From Vulcanimicrobiota bacterium (lineage in GTDB: Bacteria > Vulcanimicrobiota > Vulcanimicrobiia > Vulcanimicrobiales > Vulcanimicrobiaceae), in NCBI GenBank assembly GCA_963777315.1, contig CAVZQC010000001.1, positions 320,001-384,000 of the forward strand: 64,000 bases of DNA. Direction: 5' to 3'. Below, one piece after another: positions 59,201 to 64,000 of the stretch. Each line of letters opens with the position of its first letter. Position 1 is the stretch's first letter. Made by a program: the position numbers and the translations under genes. The notes beneath the pieces are model-generated. The model searched no databases. It had not been told where the DNA came from and was given only the letters and a program-made list of their open reading frames with translations.

Positions 59201-61191
59201 CCGCGCAAATACCGGTCGATCCACCCCAGCCAGCGTTTGGTCACGTCCTCGGATCGGACCGGATCGCTGGGGAAGTGGCCGTGTACGGGATAGGCCACGA
59301 ACTGGACGGGCACCGAGTTGTCGCGCAGCGCGTGGTACATCTTGAACGAATTGGTAATCGTCACGTTATTGTCGCCGATGTCGCCCATGATCAAGGTGGG
59401 CGTGCGGATCTGCTGCGCGTAGGTTATCGGCGACTGCGCGCGCCACATCGGCGTGAATTTCGGATTCCATGGCGAGCCGCCGAAGAACGGTTCGTCGGTG
59501 TGCACGTAAAACGCGACGTTGTAATCGTCGAACCAATCGTTGAGCGCGGCCCCTGCCACCGCCGTCTTCCAAATATGATAATGGCCCGTCATCCAGGACG
59601 TCATGTAGCCGCCGTACGACCAGCCTGAAACGGCGACGCGCGAACGATCGACTTTGAACGCTTTTTCAACCGCTTCGACACCGGCCATGACGTCGCGGCC
59701 GGGGCCTTGGCCGGCGTCGTGCGAGATTGCGCGCTCGTAACCGTCGCCCAGATTGGTACTGCCCCGATAATTGGGGTTGAACACCAAGTAGCCATGGGCT
59801 GCGAACAGCTGGTTTTGCGTGCTCCAGCCCAGCGTCGATGCGGCCTGCGGGCCGCCGTGGATGACGAGCACGAGCGGATAGGCGCGCGCAGAATCGTAAT
59901 GGGGCGGAAGCGTCAGCACACCGTCCTCGGCAAACCGGCCGTTGCGCCAGCGCACCGCAAGGGGGCGCCCTAAATCGAACTTGTCGACGAATGCGTTTTC
60001 GTTCGTCAGGCGTACCGGCCGCGCCGACGCGGACGCCAGATAGTACAACTCCTGCGGATGGCGCGTCGTCGTGCCGACGAACGTCAGCGCACCGGTTTTC
60101 GCTGCGTTGCCGGTGTTCGATATCGCCACGCCGCCAAGCGATGCACGCTGCACCCGTGCCCCGTCGTCCGAAACGTGCCATGCACCGACGTGCTCGCCGT
60201 CCGGTCCGAACAGCCACAGCGACGTGCCGTCCGGCGACCACGTCATTCCCTCGATGTCCCGATCGATCTTTGCGCGCACGTTGACTCCGCCGCCGGATCC
60301 CGGACGTGTGACGTAAATCGCGACGCCGTTGGATGGATCGCCGCCGGCATTGCGCGCGTACGCGATCGCCGTTCCCACCGGCGCGAAGGCGGGATTGCTT
60401 TCCAGTCCCGTGTTGCGCGTGAGCGCAACACGGGCTCCGGTGCGCACGTTGAGAACCTCGATAATCGAGCCCAGCGAATCGCCGACGAGCGGTGTTGGGA
60501 AGTGGACGAATGCAACCTTGCTGCCGTCGGTCGACCATGAGATATCCGACGTAATATTCGGATCGATCGTTTCCATGCTCCAGGAGCCGCTGGTCAGACG
60601 TCGCGCCCTTCCGCCCGAAGAGGACACGATCCACAGGTGCGCGGGCATCGCCTGCGCCGTGTGCAGATAGTCATTGTCGCCCACTTCGAACGCGTCCAAA
60701 TGCTCGGCGATGAGTTGGGCATGCGGGTTTTCGTCCTTGGTGATATAGGCTATGCGCTTGTCGTCCGGACTCCACGCGAAGCCGTCCACGCCGCGCTTTG
60801 CCCGCGTCGCTTGCAAGGCGTCGCCGCCGTCCAAACGCATGACGAAGACTTGCGATTGCGGCTCGCTCTTTTGATCGGCTCGAGCATCGGCGAGAAACGC
60901 GATGCGCGTGCCGTCCGTAGACCACCGCGGCGAATCGACGCCCGTGCGATCGAACGTAAGGATGCGCTGGGCGCCTGTGCGCACGTTCAAAAGCACCATT
61001 TGCGTGCGCCGGCGATCGCGAGTAAAATCGCTGGTGCTGCGCAGAAAAACGATGCGCGAGCCGTCCGGCGAGATTTGCGGCTGGCTCAGCGAAACGATGC
61101 GGCGCGCGTCCAAAAAATCAATCGTCCGCGCGCATACTGCAGCGGGCGCGAGAATCGCCAAAGCTGCCATCGCAAAAGCTAAGCGCCGCAT
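59197..61191 (-). CDS. S9 family serine peptidase, secreted (tandem paralog)
   Basis: IHGGP, NYRGS, GWSYGG, DNNV, HGH. Confidence 0.93.
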   Translation of the reverse strand: MRRLAFAMAALAILAPAAVCARTIDFLDARRIVSLSQPQISPDGSRIVFLRSTSDFTRDRRRTQMVLLNVRTGAQRILTFDRTGVDSPRWSTDGTRIAFLADARADQKSEPQSQVFVMRLDGGDALQATRAKRGVDGFAWSPDDKRIAYITKDENPHAQLIAEHLDAFEVGDNDYLHTAQAMPAHLWIVSSSGGRARRLTSGSWSMETIDPNITSDISWSTDGSKVAFVHFPTPLVGDSLGSIIEVLNVRTGARVALTRNTGLESNPAFAPVGTAIAYARNAGGDPSNGVAIYVTRPGSGGGVNVRAKIDRDIEGMTWSPDGTSLWLFGPDGEHVGAWHVSDDGARVQRASLGGVAISNTGNAAKTGALTFVGTTTRHPQELYYLASASARPVRLTNENAFVDKFDLGRPLAVRWRNGRFAEDGVLTLPPHYDSARAYPLVLVIHGGPQAASTLGWSTQNQLFAAHGYLVFNPNYRGSTNLGDGYERAISHDAGQGPGRDVMAGVEAVEKAFKVDRSRVAVSGWSYGGYMTSWMTGHYHIWKTAVAGAALNDWFDDYNVAFYVHTDEPFFGGSPWNPKFTPMWRAQSPITYAQQIRTPTLIMGDIGDNNVTITNSFKMYHALRDNSVPVQFVAYPVHGHFPSDPVRSEDVTKRWLGWIDRYLRG

Positions 61192-61205
61192 CGTTGCGAC
61201 TTACC

Positions 61206-62111
61206 TTACTGCGCGAGCGCGACCTGCTCGCCGCGCAGTTCGACCAAACCTTCGCGCGCCAGTGCCGTGACTATGGCACGCACGGCGTCCGCGTCGCGCC
61301 GTACGCTCGCGGCAACGTCGGCGTGCAAATCCAGCAGCGATATTCGCTCGTAAGGCGCAAGGCGCGCGAGCCTGTCGACGATCCGGCCTCGCGCGTACCG
61401 GATCGTTTGTTCGAACGCAATCGCCTGCTGCGGCGAAGGCGCGCGGGCGTTACGCCGGCGTCGCGCCTGCAGCGCCCGCGTATCTATCGGAAACGCGCTG
61501 CACGCCGAACGAAGCGGACAGTTCCGGCAGCCCGGCGCACGGGCCGTGCACACGGCCGCGCCCAGATCCATCAGCGCCGAGTTCCAGTCGTGACCTCGCC
61601 CGCGCGGCACCAAACCCCGCGCATCGGCATTCAAAACGTCCGCGGGCACCGCCGCAGGATGTTCCATGCCGTACAGTACGCGATGAACCACGCGGCGCAC
61701 GTTGGTGTCGACGGCCGCGTCGTCGGCATCGAACGCAAACGCGCGAACCGCGCAGGCCGTATATGGCCCGATGCCCGGCAGCGACTGCAGTTCGTGCAGT
61801 TCTTGCGGCACGCGGCCGCCGAAGCGTTCGAGCAGCGCGACGGCGAGCTGCTTCAAACGCACCGCCCGCGAATTGTACCCCAGGCCTTGCCACAACCGCA
61901 AAATCTCCGCGGTGCTCGCCGCCGCCAGGCTTTCCACGTCGGGAAACCGCGCGATGAACGCTTCGTATTTGGGCAGCACGCGAGCGACCTGCGTTTGGGC
62001 GAGCATGCTTTCGCTGACCAGCACGCGATAAGGATCCCGCGTTGCCCGCCATGGAAGCGAGCGGCCGTGCCGTGCATACCACTGCAGCAGCAAACGCTGC
62101 ACGCGCTTCAT
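61206..62111 (-). CDS. mutY: A/G-specific adenine glycosylase MutY (short form)
   Basis: LPWR, VSESMLAQTQV, WQGLGY, LPGIGPYTA, VDTNVRRV, ALMDLGAAVC, Fe-S cysteines. Confidence 0.92.
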   Translation of the reverse strand: MKRVQRLLLQWYARHGRSLPWRATRDPYRVLVSESMLAQTQVARVLPKYEAFIARFPDVESLAAASTAEILRLWQGLGYNSRAVRLKQLAVALLERFGGRVPQELHELQSLPGIGPYTACAVRAFAFDADDAAVDTNVRRVVHRVLYGMEHPAAVPADVLNADARGLVPRGRGHDWNSALMDLGAAVCTARAPGCRNCPLRSACSAFPIDTRALQARRRRNARAPSPQQAIAFEQTIRYARGRIVDRLARLAPYERISLLDLHADVAASVRRDADAVRAIVTALAREGLVELRGEQVALAQ

Positions 62112-62953
62112 TCTTCGTCGTCGCCCCCGTCGCAGGCGCGCGTGAAAGCGGGCTGCGCTCGTTCGCGCACGTATTCGTGAAAAGCGGCAATATCGGACTG
62201 CGCAAAGACGACGTCGTCGGGCGACTTGGCGCCGCGGTAAATTCGCAGCGCATCGTTGATCGCGCCGCGGTACTGCGAGGGGACCGTCTCGAGCGCCCAC
62301 ACTCCCGCCTCGTCCTTGTTCAAAACGTTCATCGCATTCGTGGTCGTCGTACCGTGCAGCACGCGGCATGCATCGAGCAGCGCGCGTACCGGCATCTCGC
62401 GGGCGGACCGGCGCGCCCGGTTGAAATCGGCCTCGAGCGCATTGACGTACGCGTACCACGGAACCGGCCCGAACAGCGACGCCGCCGGAGGGCCGACCAG
62501 CGTCAGGCCGCGCTCGCGGCTTTCCAGAAACCGCGCCGCCAAATCGATGCTGCATTCATCGCGCGAATAGTCGACGCGGCCCAGCCGGATCGCTTCATGT
62601 ACGCTCGAGCCGTAGCGCACTTCGTACGGCAACGGATGTGCGAAATTGCGCGCGTACCGTTCTTGCAGCACGGCGACCTCGATATCGCCCCAAGTCGGGC
62701 GCGAATCCGATAGGCCCAACAGCGCGCGAGCGACGGCTTCGCGTTCGGCTTGCGTGAGTTTGCGCGCTACGATCGCAATCAAATCGATGCTGCTTCGCTC
62801 GCGGTGATATGCGCCGGTGGCGAGCGACCCATGGACGTACAGGCCGGTCAAGTCCTCACCGAGCACGTCGCCCAGCTTGCCCGCAACGCGAATCAGGTAC
62901 AGGCGCACGTCGCGGTCCGCATCAGCGACGCTGCGTCCGCGCGGCGCGTTCAC
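62108..62953 (-). CDS. AadA/ANT-like nucleotidyltransferase with DUF4111-type C-terminal domain
   Basis: GLYVHGSLATG.Y....SSIDL, DLAA, GLTLVGPP...FGPVP, LLDACR, NKDEAGVWAL. Confidence 0.75.
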   Translation of the reverse strand: MNAPRGRSVADADRDVRLYLIRVAGKLGDVLGEDLTGLYVHGSLATGAYHRERSSIDLIAIVARKLTQAEREAVARALLGLSDSRPTWGDIEVAVLQERYARNFAHPLPYEVRYGSSVHEAIRLGRVDYSRDECSIDLAARFLESRERGLTLVGPPAASLFGPVPWYAYVNALEADFNRARRSAREMPVRALLDACRVLHGTTTTNAMNVLNKDEAGVWALETVPSQYRGAINDALRIYRGAKSPDDVVFAQSDIAAFHEYVRERAQPAFTRACDGGDDEE

Positions 62954-64000
62954 GAGCGCAGCATTGCGATCGCTTTGCCGATGCGCTTGATTCCCTCGGG
63001 AATCTCTTTGCGCGTGGCCGACGTAAGCGCCAAACGAAAGTGATGATCGCCGCCGGAGCTGGCGAAGAACGGCTCGCCGAATAAAAACGAGGCGCCCAAA
63101 CGCTCGGACTGATCCAGCAGCGGCCGCGAACGAATCTCGCGAGGCGTCGTCACCCACAAATAGAATCCGCCCCCGGCCTTGCTCGTGCGCATGCTCGCGG
63201 GCCAGTATTCGGCAATCGCCGCGTCGGCCATTTCCCGCCGCGTGCGAAGTTCGTCGCGCAGTTGGGCGACGTGCGGGTCGTAACCCGTAGCCAAGTAATC
63301 CGCGATGGCGGCCTGCACGTACAGGCTCGTCGCCATGTCCAGAGCTTGTTTACGCAGCAGCAGGCGATCGGAAATGGTGCGGGGAGCCGCGAGCCATCCC
63401 ACGCGCAGCGACGGCGCGATCGTCTTGCTGAACGTACTCAAATACACCACGTAATCCGGCGCGAGCCCGACGAGGGGAGGATGACCGTGCTGCGCGAGCT
63501 CTCCGTACGGATCGTCTTCGACGATCGGTATGCCGGCGCGGCGCGCGAGCGTGACCAACCGCTCGCGGCGATCGGCGTTCATCGTGACGTTGGTGGGATT
63601 GTGCAGCGAAGGCATCGTGTAGATGAAGCGGGGGCGCCGCGTTCGCAGAATCGCCTCGACGTGGTCGACCCGAAGACCGTCCTCGTCCACGGGAACGGCG
63701 ATCGCGCGCAGGCCGCAGATCTGGAAAATCTGCAGCGCGCCGGGATAACTGGGCGTTTCGACGATGATTTCGTCGCCGGGCTCGGCCAGCGATTGCGCGA
63801 CGACCATGATGCCCTGAGTGGATCCGGTCAAAACGACGACGTCTTTTGCCTGCGTGCGCGCGCCGCGCAGGGCCATGCGCTGCGCTATCGCTTCGCGCAG
63901 CGGTTCGTATCCTTCCGAGTCGCCGTAAGAGAGGATGAAGCGCGGATCGCGCGCGACCCGCGCAAAGGACTTCGCCAGTTCTCCCAGAGGCGAGGGTTCG
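62950..64000 (-). CDS. PLP-dependent aminotransferase class I/II (MocR/ARO8-like); N-terminus beyond the window
   Basis: VETPSYPGA, HNPT, IVEDDPY, STFSKTIAPSLRVGW, GGFYLW. Confidence 0.92.
   Translation of the reverse strand, partial: EPSPLGELAKSFARVARDPRFILSYGDSEGYEPLREAIAQRMALRGARTQAKDVVVLTGSTQGIMVVAQSLAEPGDEIIVETPSYPGALQIFQICGLRAIAVPVDEDGLRVDHVEAILRTRRPRFIYTMPSLHNPTNVTMNADRRERLVTLARRAGIPIVEDDPYGELAQHGHPPLVGLAPDYVVYLSTFSKTIAPSLRVGWLAAPRTISDRLLLRKQALDMATSLYVQAAIADYLATGYDPHVAQLRDELRTRREMADAAIAEYWPASMRTSKAGGGFYLWVTTPREIRSRPLLDQSERLGASFLFGEPFFASSGGDHHFRLALTSATRKEIPEGIKRIGKAIAMLRS

Overview
GC-rich bacterial chromosome segment made up mostly of core and housekeeping genes. I saw no rRNA, tRNA, CRISPR array, transposase or integrase. 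It holds rlmN, a family-4 UDG, prfB (with the canonical CTT-TGA-C programmed +1 frameshift), secA, a GAF histidine kinase, LCP/deacetylase-rimO-yajQ-rodZ, mnmA, the futalosine menaquinone genes mqnE-mqnA-mqnC, ftsK, RNase J, a Yip1-TolC-MacA-2xMacB-ATPase exporter, htrA-dnaK-grpE-dnaJ, ABC exporters, scoAB with an acyl-CoA dehydrogenase, VIT1, a class A beta-lactamase-fold protein, three secreted S9 peptidases, nth, mutY, an AadA-like nucleotidyltransferase and a partial PLP aminotransferase. A short Terrabacteria-type DnaK together with TolC and GT9 suggests a diderm Terrabacteria lineage, possibly Ca. Eremiobacterota (inference). Main observations: (1) all nine non-programmed frameshifts I found lie inside or next to AGCT, six of them as AG[A/T]CT. 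This is probably a sequencing footprint of a host DNA modification at AGCT, not real gene decay. (2) A harpin-like protein with a GDPH self-cleavage motif sits between secA and prfB. (3) An unannotated 31-aa membrane peptide has type I toxin-like features. (4) An Asr-like cationic secreted protein shares a putative ECF promoter motif with dnaK. (5) The dnaK-grpE spacer is one 107-nt nested hairpin. Family assignments come from motif recognition, not database searches.
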